A stretch of DNA of 63,994 nt, the filler included, from Lenisia limosa (Eukaryota; Protista; Breviatea), in assembly GCA_001655205.1 (NCBI GenBank). It is 12 parts of 12 records of this genome, joined end to end, with 100 filler letters (N's around TTAATTAATTAA, not from the genome) between each part and the next. Parts side by side here need not be neighbours in the genome. Positions count along the whole stretch, not along the records: positions 1 to 3,176 come from LPNZ01003193.1; positions 3,277 to 10,660 come from LPNZ01010175.1; positions 10,761 to 14,294 come from LPNZ01004178.1; 9 more parts are not named here. The stretch is one strand, 5' to 3'. This document shows, piece after piece, positions 1 to 10,825 of the stretch (the first letter of the stretch is position 1; each line of letters opens with the position of its first letter). The position numbers and the translations under genes are program-made. The notes under the pieces are model-generated. The model made no database searches. It was not told the origin of the DNA and was given only the letters and a program-made list of their open reading frames with translations.

Positions 1-3000
1 AGAGGCCGCCGGCAACCAGAATTGAGCTAATGCCGAGAACCACCGTTTTCGTTCGCACTACAACTGTCAGACCCCTAGGTTTTTATTATATTTATTGTTA
101 TGTTTTATTATATGTAATTATTACCAGTACTTGTCAGTCTCAGGTTATTATTATTGATTATTATTATTTATAGTAGTACGTATCATAGTGCATGTACAAT
201 ATTATTCAAGAAAAACACTATGTAGTCTTATACATAAGACAGTTATTATTAGGATAAAATTGTTACTGTTTTGGCGGCATCTTTATGGTGTCCTAATGTG
301 TATTCGTCTCTCCGAATATCATTTGCCTGAAAACTCTGTGCACAGCTTTCTGAGTGCCTCCCAGCATACTCCAAATATTATATGATATGTACATAACCTT
401 AAACACCCTCCCCACATTTAGAAAAAGGGCGATTGAAGAACAAGGTGGGGATGAAAGACCCCATAACACCCATTCCTCGAGCCAGTGAGAACACATAGCC
501 AAAATCTGAAAATATTAGCCAAATCTGAAAATATTAACCAAAATCTGAAAATATGAGCCAAATTCTGAGACTTAATATTATCATGAGAATCTGTAGAAGT
601 AGAAACTATCAGGCAAATTTAGTTCATAATCATCCACCCCTATGATACCTTTAGTAATTCAATCCAAGGGCTTCCCTACAGTCCCAAAAAATACTGTTGA
701 TAAATATCGATATTTGACCGCCCGCAGGAAAGCCCTATTCACCCCCATTCCAGGTGAACTTCGAATTAACTGTGTGAACAAGGGAGAAAATGTAGTTCAT
801 ACTTCCCCCCGTACCTTTACGCCAATATTCATTGAAATTTCTTTCGGTTTACACCCTTTCCCCACCAGTGAACTCAGGATTGACCGTGTACACAAGCGGG
901 AAAATGTAGTTCAGGACCAGATTCTGAACAGCCGCCGCCATAATAATCCAGAGCGAGAAGATGACAAGAGGCGTCTGGGGGGGGGGGNNNNNNNNNNNNN
1001 NNNNNNNNNNNNNNNNNNNNNNNNNNNNNNNNNNNNNNNNNNNNNNNNNNNNNNNNNNNNNNNNNNNNNGGGGTTGAGTATTAGGGCTCCGTGCAATTTT
1101 TAATATTTTGAAGAATTAATTGACAAAGTTTGAAATTGAAGGGTCTGAAATGAGTTACCATCACAATATGACTCACTTCAAGTTTTGCAATTACTTTTTC
1201 ATTATTTACACGGAGCCCTAGTAAATATGAATATCCAGAATCTCCAAGCATTAGAAAAAAACATACGGGCGACTAAAGCCCTAGATACATCATGTAGTAT
1301 TGGATTGATTTTTAATATTAATCAACAAACCTGGGAGAGAGTCCAGCGGAACCAGTGGACGAGATTGCTGAATCTAAAAAAAAAATTAAAACTGTAAAAC
1401 AAATTTAGTTCAATTCATTTCAGTTCATTTCCTTGCATACCACCAACGTATAATCCAATCACCCCCCCCCCACGTATAATCGGTATGAGCCGAGCCCATC
1501 GGAATTGGAACTTCTGTGCAGCGATTTACTAAAATGTCAGTTCACCTGGTAGAGAACAACACTAAAACAGACCTCATCCCTCCAAGCATTCACCATATTA
1601 AAACAAATAACACCAATCCCTCGATCATACACCCATAGGGCTTCACTTTGGTTTGGAAAAAGACTGAATTTCTCGTTAAATCCTCGAAAATCCTCGAAAA
1701 TCTTCGATATTTTACCGGTGTTTTTCGAGCCCAAGTGAAGCCCAATACACACACAAAAAAAAANNNNNNNNNNNNNNNNNNNNNNNNNNNNNNNNNNNNN
1801 NNNNNNNNNNNNNNNNNNNNNNNNNNNNNNNNNNNNNNNNNNNNNNNNNNNNNNNNNNNNNNNNNNNNNNNNNNNNNNNNNNNNNNNNNNNNNNNNNNNN
1901 NNNNNGAAAGGAGGTATCATGATAACTTGGATGGATAAATTATGCTAAAATAAGGTGAATTGAAGGTTACTGATAATGTGGATGAATAATTGAGTTTGGT
2001 AAAATGGACAGATAAGGCGCCGAGGAGCGTGGGCGAGGAAGCATGGTATTCTGTTTATGGTATCCCTATGTATTTATTTGTTTGCCTAGAATTCTAATTA
2101 TTATTTCTCTTGTTCAAACAATAAAAAATAATGCCGAATAGTGCACCAAAAAATCCAACCATCCAGCTCAATCACCTACCTACCTTTTCAGGAGAGGGAA
2201 AGAGGAACACCACTATCAGGGCGAATAGAACTGAAACCGCAGAAATGACAAAGAGGTCACTGGGTGGGGAGGAGGGGTAAAAAAGGAATTTTTGAATGCG
2301 TAAATCAATAAACTGGGGGGAGGGGTGAGCAAAATTGGAAAATTTATAAAACAAAAAAAAAGCCCAAATCAACTGATAACACACAAGGGTTGATAACAAC
2401 AAAAGGGGGTGGGTAAGAGAGGCAGTAGGTCTTTTATGTGTTAGAGTGAAGTTGAGGATAGGTGGGAATAATGCAATTTTTGATCGAAAAAGACCAGTAA
2501 AATATCGATAGTTTTTGAAGATTTATCGATAAACTCAGTTTTTTATCGAACCGAAGTGAAGTTCTACTCATAACAAAATGGAGAGCATTTTGGAAAGAAG
2601 ACTGAAGAAGATTAGCCTCCCCCTCTTACTGATAGGAAAGAAGGTCACGGTCAATTACCACCTAAATCGTAAATCAAGTTCTCATCTACTCAAGCAAAAT
2701 ATAACGGATTAATTCCACATGATTACACATTCACAAAACACATGATGTGCACAAGAATCAAAATAAGAGAGAACATCACAAATATAAGGTTCACCTTGCT
2801 TGTTATAGTACCACCATTACCAACCTTACAACTCCCCCACCACAACCATACTATATATATACACTATGTATACATGCTTTGGTTTAAGAAAATATCGTTT
2901 TCGAGTGTTTATCGAGATATTCAGTCTTTTTTTGAACCGAAGTACAGCCATGCATACATGTTACATGCATTAGTACGTGTGATATATATCATAGTATAGT

Positions 3001-3150
3001 ATATGAATATTATATGATAATATACATGTACGTGTGGTTGTACACTATTACGCGTGTATCTTGCCCCCCATCTTGCTCCCCCTCTCACCTGGCCGAAAAG
3101 AGCCGAAATAGTGTGGGCAGCTAGGGTGGCTATTCGGGTCACACTACGAT
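1..3150 (-). CDS. Reduced folate/thiamine carrier (SLC19 family), multi-exon, partial at both ends
   Basis: Minus-strand exons YHRSVTRIATLAAHTISALFGQ (~3090-3150), DLFVISAVSVLFALIVVFLFPSPEK (~2180-2255), TPLVIFSLWIIMAAAVQNLVLNYIFPL (~865-976) and DFGYVFSLARGMGVMGSFIP (~420-505) follow, in order, SLC19A helices as I recall them ([66 protein letters not shown]). GT-AG flanks. Confidence 0.75.
496..570. repeat. ~20-bp tandem repeat x4 carrying the SLC19 splice acceptor
   Basis: Unit TAGCCAAAATCTGAAAATAT; on the minus strand each unit reads TTTTCAG|ATTTTGGCTA. Confidence 0.9.
1636..1745. mobile_element. MITE family A (hAT-type) copy
   Basis: TIR TAGGGCTTCACTT...AAGTGAAGCCCAA; flanks TACACCCA/TACACACA (8-bp TSD, 1 mismatch). 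Confidence 0.85.
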
Positions 3151-3176
3151 GGTAAGGAGTGGAGAATTTAGGAGAT

Positions 3177-3276
3177 NNNNNNNNNNNNNNNNNNNNNNNN
3201 NNNNNNNNNNNNNNNNNNNNTTAATTAATTAANNNNNNNNNNNNNNNNNNNNNNNNNNNNNNNNNNNNNNNNNNNN
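3177..3276. other. Artificial scaffold spacer (first of 11)
   Basis: Exactly 44 N + TTAATTAATTAA (stops in all six frames) + 44 N. The identical block recurs at 10661, 14295, 19985, 24490, 35903, 47474, 51769, 58205, 60010 and 62079, so adjacency across these points is not biological. Confidence 0.97.
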
Positions 3277-3420
3277 GGGAAGCCCCCCCCCCCCCCGCGG
3301 GATGAAAGAGAGGGAGAAATTGGACTGATTGTGGGGGTGGGATTAAACTATCCAAAAATGACTGATTAAACATAGTTTGTTTGGAGCTAACATCGAGAAA
3401 TTTATTCTCTTTTTTTTCAG

Positions 3421-3535
3421 ACCGAAGTGGTGGGATGCGGTGCTGCAGAATCAACTGGCCTGGACTTTTTTGTTATTGTTTTCAACTCTTCACAACCGAG
3501 TTGATTTTGGGCTTTGTGCTGGTTTTAATTTTGTC
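3421..3535. repeat. Dispersed repeat family B copy (no TIR, ~150-bp consensus)
   Basis: GTGGTGGGATGCGGTGCTGCAGAA..ACTGGCCTGG..TTTG. Related copies at ~2322, 10000, 12911, 47574, 51885, 59450, 59565 and 60370. Confidence 0.8.
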
Positions 3536-4215
3536 ATTTTTATTTATATCCCCCCCCCCTTCATGATATTTTAGCACCAAGGTGCAGCCATAGCAGTACG
3601 TTATATGTCAAGTAAGAAAATCGTTTTAACTGGTATGAGGAATTGTGCTGCGCTGGGAGTTTTATTGGGAGTTTTTCCTGGATTTTTTCTGGGAATTGTG
3701 CCATTTGCCAAAGTGTATTTGTTCTCTATTGCCGAATCAAATTTCTTTTCAGCTCTTTTTGGTCTTATCAAAACCGTGCTTTTAGGTCATCTCTTTCTTG
3801 CTTGAGATAAACTTCATTCGTTCTTACTTGAGATAAACTTCATTCGGTGTTTCACTTCACTCTGTTATCTTTATTTCTATTCGCTCTTGCCAAATCAATT
3901 TTTCTCTCAATAAAGGCCATCTCTTGATACCAGCTTACATTCTAGCCGGACATGATAAGTATCTGCACTATTGGAATTGTCAGCAGAATACCGCGATATC
4001 TTCCCTACAACTCCCTGAAAAAGCTTTTTCATTGGTGAGGGGGGGGGTGAGCACTGATTGATGGTTCTATAAATCTGAGAACTGATGAACCCTCTATAAA
4101 TCCTAAATAAATGTAAAAAAAAATCCCTTGAGCAATCCTCAATCCGGGCTTTTTCTAATATTTCCCCGATATTCCCATTATTTCCCCGATATTTCGCACC
4201 CTTTAACCCAACCAG

Positions 4216-7200
4216 GACATAAGCTCAGACAACACCATGGGTATTGTGGCTACGGCTAACCGTCATTTTGTGGTCATTAATCTGGAGAAGGTTTGGNNNN
4301 NNNNNNNNNNNNNNNNNNNNNNNNNNNNNNNNNNNNNNNNNNNNNNNNNNNNNNNNNNNNNNNNNNNNNNNNNNNNNNNNNNACTTTATTTTTTATCGAA
4401 AAAATGAAAAAGTGCCCACACTCATGTGCCTCCACCTATATAATATCTATTATTATATCTATTATTTCACACAAAACGACGGTTAGTCCCCCTAACAGCG
4501 CTTGACCGATTCAGCCCTCTGAAGTGGCATTTTCGTTCTTCTCTCCCCTTAGGTACCAGACGAGGTGCGCGCGAGAGGGTAACCATAATAAAATATACCT
4601 ATTCTGGGGAGGCACTCAGAATAATATTATTCTGGATGGAAAGTTGCCTTATATGGAAATTTGACAGAGACATATGTTACATAAATAACTTATAGAGGGA
4701 ACCCAAACACTACGTAAATCTGCCTTTAGATTTTTAAACAACCAAATCATGTTTACTGTAAAATTGCATTTTCCAAAAAAGGACTTGGAGAGATAATTCA
4801 ATNNNNNNNNNNNNNNNNNNNNNNNNNNNNNNNNNNNNNNNNNNNNNNNNNNNNNNNNNNNNNNNNNNNNNNNNNNNNNNNNNTCCTACGTAATATTAGG
4901 TCTTATCATATATTTTAGGACTCCTAGTAATTATGAAATTTCAAAATTTGAAGTGAAGCAAATTAACCAGAAGTCTATAAGACACTTTAATTTCTAATTT
5001 GTTTCAATTTCCTCACGAATGTAATTATATATTTTTGCGTAATATTAATTCCTTATTATTTCTGTAGAAGAGTTGCCTTCCTTCGAAATATGGCAGGAGT
5101 AGTGATAGGCAGCGTGGAGGGTCGAGGTTTGCAATCTATCAAGATTCGATAATTAATGACTTTTATAAAGTCCATTTCGTCAGGTTGTTTTTTTTTTGTT
5201 GTTGTTTTATTTATTAAAACCTGTAATTTTTTTTAATTTTTTTATTTATTGTATTTATTTTATTTTATTTATTTATTTATTTGAGGATATTAATTGACAT
5301 ACTTGTAGTGTCAGAAATCGTGCTGGAGTTACAATAAGTTGAAATATTTCAATTTCGCAAAGTCCCATTTTTCTGTTATGAATTTGCCAAAATCACCCGT
5401 TCCCGTCACCCATTTAGGCGCGATACGCTACTTCAAAGAAGCGGAATTGAAGCATTCTTTCGAGTTTCAGTGCCACCGATCTACGGGAGCGGNNNNNNNN
5501 NNNNNNNNNNNNNNNNNNNNNNNNNNNNNNNNNNNNNNNNNNNNNNNNNNNNNNNNNNNNNNNNNNNNNNNNNNNNNNNNNNNNNNNNNNNNNNNNNNAT
5601 GGGGATGGGGTTTCATTAGGAAAGCATTTCTTTTGCTCACATTTCTCACACCTAAGATTACCATGGTCAATGCTCTCGCATCACATCCAAGTCAACCAAG
5701 TAAGATTGTAGCTAATTCGCTTCACATATATACGTGATGTGATATATATGCACTGACCGCGATAAGTCCTGACATGGATATTGAGCTTGATCAATTGTGT
5801 CAGGATTTCTCGTGGGCATAGCACATATATACATATTGAACGGCTTCGTCCAGACCTGTTTCTCCCTAGTTTATAGCACATCGCGTTATTTTTGTAAGAT
5901 GTTTTTTATATCATAAAACATATTCTTAAGCTGTTTTTTGAATATCATATAACATATTCTTTCTTTGTCTTGTTTTTTTTCTTTCTCTTCTTCTTTGATT
6001 TTGTTTCCCTTTCGGTGCTCTCTGTAGTTATGACCACCAAACCTCCAACGAGAGGAGTACCAATCCAACCGATCTGACTTACTCTGATAGATGCTTATTG
6101 ATATTTTGGGATATCAGGACAGGGGATCTACGGATATCAATGGAAACTTTCATGATATTTTTAAAAAAACATGTATTGTATCCAAGACGAAGGAAACAAC
6201 ACAAATTTAGTCCGATAACATGTGTGAGCATTGCTGACGAATTCCTCACTCACTGCATTAGGACTGAGAGAACGATTAGCAACAGAAAAATCTCAGGATA
6301 TGGGTCACCCCCACAAATGGGGTTTTTTGAAATTTAGCTATATTTTGGGTCCGCCCAGTTAGAGCAAGACTTGAAAAATATTATTGACGCTTAATTCCCC
6401 TCACAATTCAATGGTGTATAACTCACAGTGGGACATAATTGGTGCTGTTGGCAAGCCTATCAGCGCTGGGGGAATACTGCCAAAACAATTTGATTCTCCA
6501 TACGTTTGGATAGGTGACAAACTGTATGATCATGAAGGAGAGGCCGCCCCCAGCTCAAATCTATCCAAGTTGCCAACAGACACCTGACTGAGCCGCACGT
6601 TGTTCGCATATGGAAATGAAACCTTTTTTTATCCATTGTAAGTGTTGTGAGAAGATCTTTCAACTCATCGTAGAGGTTTGAGCCACCTGAACAATTAATC
6701 GACAAACACAATTCCCAAAGACAAAATCCTCACAACCTCCTCTACCGTCAGAACAGCAGACGTTTTTGAGAGGGTGTGCAAAAATGTTTCAAAAGACAAT
6801 GTAGAATATGCTATTGTACCAAGTTGGTTTCACGGCAAGCAAGGGAGGTGACAGCCTCGCTTTCATTTCTCCTCTGGTTCCAGGTCGTATCATTGGCCAA
6901 GCCCCTAATATATCATCAACTACTTAAATCCTGTCTAAACATAATTTTAACCAAACCCTTTATCCATAATTTCGTAAAACAAAAAAAATCGCGTCCATTG
7001 CAGAGTCAATCTGAATTCAGAAATGATATACTCTCTACAATGTTATCCCAAATATACCTATGTGTCTGGGAACCCCCCAGTATGCCTTGAAACATCAACA
7101 AATACGATCTGAATGTTGTCAGCAAAACGGAGTCAGGCGGCAAAGCCACCATCGTTGTCATCGAAGTCATCGGATATGCCATTTGCCAAAACTTGAGTAA

Positions 7201-9660
7201 TGGTGTTCTAAATACAAGCAGGACTGAATTATTTTTAAACACTCCCGTTTTCCTAGGTAGAAAACAGGTGAAAACCCCACAAACATTCGAGTGGTGTTTC
7301 GGCTTCTTCGCGTTTGTCAATCTGCGGCTCCCCCAACGTTGGCATTGAATGAGTTCGGACGGTGCCAAAACCACTGAGGTAGTTGGCGTCATTGGAGTAA
7401 AGACAAACATGGTCAAGAGGACTCCACGTGTCGCTGTATAGAGCTCGGACGAAAACAGAGATCGAGGCCGGTTGGGACGCCTTGCGCAATACACGCCGCT
7501 TGGTACCTCCTAAACAGTTCCGTCGCCTTCTATCAGCATTTGATTCTGCCCTGAATAGCAATAGAAGAATAAAAGATGGACAATATGGAGTAGAAATAAA
7601 TACGAAGAGGAGCGGATAAAAATCCCGTCCCACTTTGGTAGACTTGATCTTCTGGAGAGTTCCGATGTCATCTCTCTTCTATGCGATTTCAAGCCGGCGG
7701 TGAACTTGTTGCGTTAACTTTGAAGTAACTGACATAGTAGCCAAAACCTGTGTACCACCTCCTAGTGAGGTTAGCAACTTTAAGTATAAATAAAACCTGG
7801 ATATTGTAGTACGTGATATGAAAACTATTATGGTCACCCCTTAAGAGAGTTAATAGTGATTATCACAAACCTCCGTGCTAATGAACCTTTCATCAATCGT
7901 TCCCTCAAGTGCATCATGGACAAGGTCATGAATGCGCGTGATTCTGAAGGCACTGAACGGTTGCTGATGATGGTGTGGTAATTGGAGTTCTGACGTGGGT
8001 AGGAGGGAGGGGGTGAATTAACCGCGGGGATTAGAGCGGGATGGAAAATCAGGTAAATACTCCAATAGCCCTTCGGTTCACCTCTAACAACGTGCAAGAA
8101 CATGAGAAGTAGGGCTTCACTTCGGTTTGAAAAAAGACTGAATTTCTCGATAAATCCTCGAAAACTATCGATATTATACCGGGTTTTTCAAACCGAAATG
8201 AAGCCCTAATGAGAAGACAACTAATACAAATACCACAGTGGGGTATCAAGAATAGTCAAAAACCGCACGTAATCAGCAATCCAACACACCCCTCAGAAAA
8301 GAGAGAACATAGGGCACCAATCTTAACATTGTTGTCTTGAATGTGACAATTTTACTTGAAAACGCTGTTTCACATGTGAAATTAAGTTATCCCCATTGTT
8401 GATCAGTCAGATATGGTACGAAGCTGAATTATTCACCCGGTGTTATAGAAATCCAATTCTTCGAGGATTGATCCAGACTTCACACTTTTCAGAGAACCGT
8501 AGGCGAAGCTCTCCTTATTCGTCATAATTCTTCTCTGCACCTAAACCGGGAGTTTCACCATGAATCCCTAGCTTTTTTTGTAATGCATATTTTAGAAGTC
8601 ATGATTTTATTTTTTACTTTTTTTATGGACCAAATAACTTCTTTCTTACGGTTCGAGAAAGACCGTCAAAATATCGATATTTATATGGTTTTATCGAGAT
8701 ATTTGCTCTTTTGGGACCGCAGAAAAACCCCAATTGTACCTACTTTCTCACCCTGTAGTTATTGCGACTGGAGGCGGGGACGGTGTGATCTCTTTTTGGG
8801 CTTATCAGANNNNNNNNNNNNNNNNNNNNNNNNNNNNNNNNNNNNNNNNNNNNNNNNNNNNNNNNNNNNNNNNNNNNNNNNNNNNNNNNNNNNNNNNNNN
8901 NNNNNNNNNNNNNNNNNNNNNNNNNNNNNNNNNNNNNNNNNNNNNNTGAAGAGACTGAATCCTCAAAAACTGTGAGTTAATATTACACTGTACAGTATAG
9001 CCCCTCTGCTTCCTATGGATCCAGAAAAACTGAATTTCTCGATAAATCCTCGAATTATTCTCGGTTTTGTTCGTCTAATAATTTGAAGCCCTACTAAGTC
9101 TATTGCAGCGTTACTGACATTTCCTAGTCACTTCCTGCCCAAAATCAAGCTATCGTTTCCATGGACTTCCACCCCACAATGCCTATGTTGGCCTACGCCT
9201 GTAGTTATGACTGGTCAAAGGTTGGTCTCTGTTTTCGCTTTAGCGCCTCTCCCATGATTAGGGCTTCACTTCGGTTCGAAAAAAGACTGAATTTCTCAAT
9301 AAATCGTCGAAAACTAACGATATTTTTTACCGGGCTTTTTTGAACCGAAGTGAAGACCTACCCATGATACGTGTAATCCTCCTAACCATTCCCATCACAG
9401 TTATATTTGGTGCCACCCTCCCCGTCGTTATAGNNNNNNNNNNNNNNNNNNNNNNNNNNNNNNNNNNNNNNNNNNNNNNNNNNNNNNNNNNNNNNNNNNN
9501 NNNNNNNNNNNNNNNNNNNNNNNNNNNNNNNNNNNNNNNNNNNNNNNNNNNNNNNNNNNNNNNNNNNNNAATTAGCAGACTCGTGAATCATTTTACGTTT
9601 TAGGGAAGTAACGGTTTTAAGCCTGAAATCGAGTCGTTTATCAAAATCAGAACGCTCATG
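4216..9660 (+). CDS. RAE1: mRNA export factor Rae1/Gle2 (WD40), C-terminal half, multi-exon
   Basis: Spliced exons read DISSDNTMGIVATANRHFVVINLEK, SPLKYQTRRVAFLRNMAGVVIGSVEGR, AIRYFKEAELKHSFEFQCHR, ITMVNALASHPSQP|IIATGGGDGVISFW, IVSMDFHPTMPMLAYACSYDWSK|GSNGFKPE. The YDWSKG motif distinguishes Rae1 from Bub3. Confidence 0.88.
6400..8520 (-). pseudogene. Decayed multi-exon coding sequence nested antisense in RAE1 intron 5700-8758; product unknown
   Basis: GT-AG-bounded protein-like blocks (RITRIHDLVHDALEGTIDERFISTE; KRDDIGTLQKIKSTK; KATELFRRYQAACIAQGVP; NTITQVLANGISDDFDDNDGGFAA*LRFADNIQIVFVDV; GGSNLYDELKDLL) with in-frame stops, a frameshift and a MITE insertion. Confidence 0.5.
8110..8208. 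mobile_element. MITE family A (hAT-type) copy
   Basis: 99 bp, TIRs TAGGGCTTCAC/ATGAAGCCCTA, perfect 8-bp TSD ATGAGAAG (8102-8109, 8209-8216). Confidence 0.93.
9259..9360. mobile_element. MITE family A (hAT-type) copy in RAE1 intron
   Basis: TIRs plus perfect 8-bp TSD CCCATGAT (9251-9258, 9361-9368). Confidence 0.93.
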
Positions 9661-9999
9661 GTTGGGGGAGGGTAATGGTAATAGGAACATATTGTTGCGG
9701 GGTGGATATCGTTATTACTTTGTTCTTGATGTGCAAGCGTTTTATATATCATATCATTCATCATGAACAGAGAGCTATGGGGGTTTAATGAAGCGTTTTT
9801 GATCGGTACTTTCGCCAATATTCTTCATCAAAATTTTGTTGGTTTTACCCCCCCCCCCCANNNNNNNNNNNNNNNNNNNNNNNNNNNNNNNNNNNNNNNN
9901 NNNNNNNNNNNNNNNNNNNNNNNNNNNNNNNNNNNNNNNNNNNNNNNNNNNNNNNNNNNNNNNNNNNNNNNNNNNNNNNNNNNNNNNNNNNNNNATATT

Positions 10000-10116
10000 T
10001 ACTGCGGAGCTGCAAAGCGACACTGGCCTGGGCTTTGCTTGTTTTGTTGTTTTGTCAGCCAATAGAGTTGAAATTGGACTTTTTTTTGTTTCATAAATTG
10101 TCCAATTTATCCCTCT
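10000..10116. repeat. Dispersed repeat family B copy
   Basis: GCTGCAAAGCGACACTGGCCTGGGCTTTG...GTTTCATAAATTGTCCAATTT; the reverse complement of the copies at 59450-59685. Confidence 0.8.
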
Positions 10117-10760
10117 CGACATTATTCTTCGTCACGCATACTCTTTCTTCTCATCCTCCCTTTCTTTCCCAATTGACATTTAGGCTGGATTTTAGTTCAA
10201 TCTATGACCTGTAGGTTGATTCGAATGAAGGGTTTATATTGACATGCGTTGACAAGATATAATTTCAAATTACAACTTGTCTGGACTAGGGAATGAATTC
10301 CTCTCAGGTTAGTGGATTAACAGAAGCGTTTATCCATTTCGAAGGCGTCCAATCCTGTGCTGCAAAGGGGGTGGTGGGTGGGTGAAATTTGTTGTTTCAA
10401 ATTTGAGGGGAATTCAATTATTTCCTTAACTTTTATAGCAAGTGAACTGAACCCGTTCTGCAAAGTTTGTTGTCCTGGGAATCGAATATTTTATTGACCC
10501 GAATTCAACCGCCCAATTAAATGGCCCGCTAAGATTTTTATTTTGAACACCTATCCCCATAGTGATGTTCCAGTAGGTTTCCCGTTCCTTCTAACCCTCC
10601 AGATTGGTCTCACTGAGCAATGTGATTTCAAGTAGCATTCTGGAATCATCTCTCATTCTCNNNNNNNNNNNNNNNNNNNNNNNNNNNNNNNNNNNNNNNN
10701 NNNNTTAATTAATTAANNNNNNNNNNNNNNNNNNNNNNNNNNNNNNNNNNNNNNNNNNNN

Positions 10761-10825
10761 TGATGGTGATGATGTTGGTGGTGATTGATGATGGTGATGA
10801 TGTTGGTGGTGATTGATGATGATGG
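10761..10825. repeat. (GAT/GGT)n-type microsatellite
   Basis: TGATGGTGATGATGTTGGTGGTGAT units at a scaffold start. Confidence 0.85.

Noticed and set aside
3221-3232. Recurring TTAATTAATTAA palindrome as a biological motif
   Set aside because: Always centred in exactly 88 N; an assembly linker.
7090-7520. Reverse-transcriptase-like words (QGVPTG, RFADN) in the nested relic
   Set aside because: Spacing and flanking residues do not fit RT motifs and the block appears spliced; too weak to call.
7100-7700. Stop-codon reassignment or selenocysteine suggested by in-frame TAG/TGA in protein-like text (also ~42970)
   Set aside because: These occur only in degenerate blocks. Conserved genes end in TGA (NSUN5) and TAA (SERBP1), and the apparent TAG at the PQ motif is explained by a 31-nt intron.
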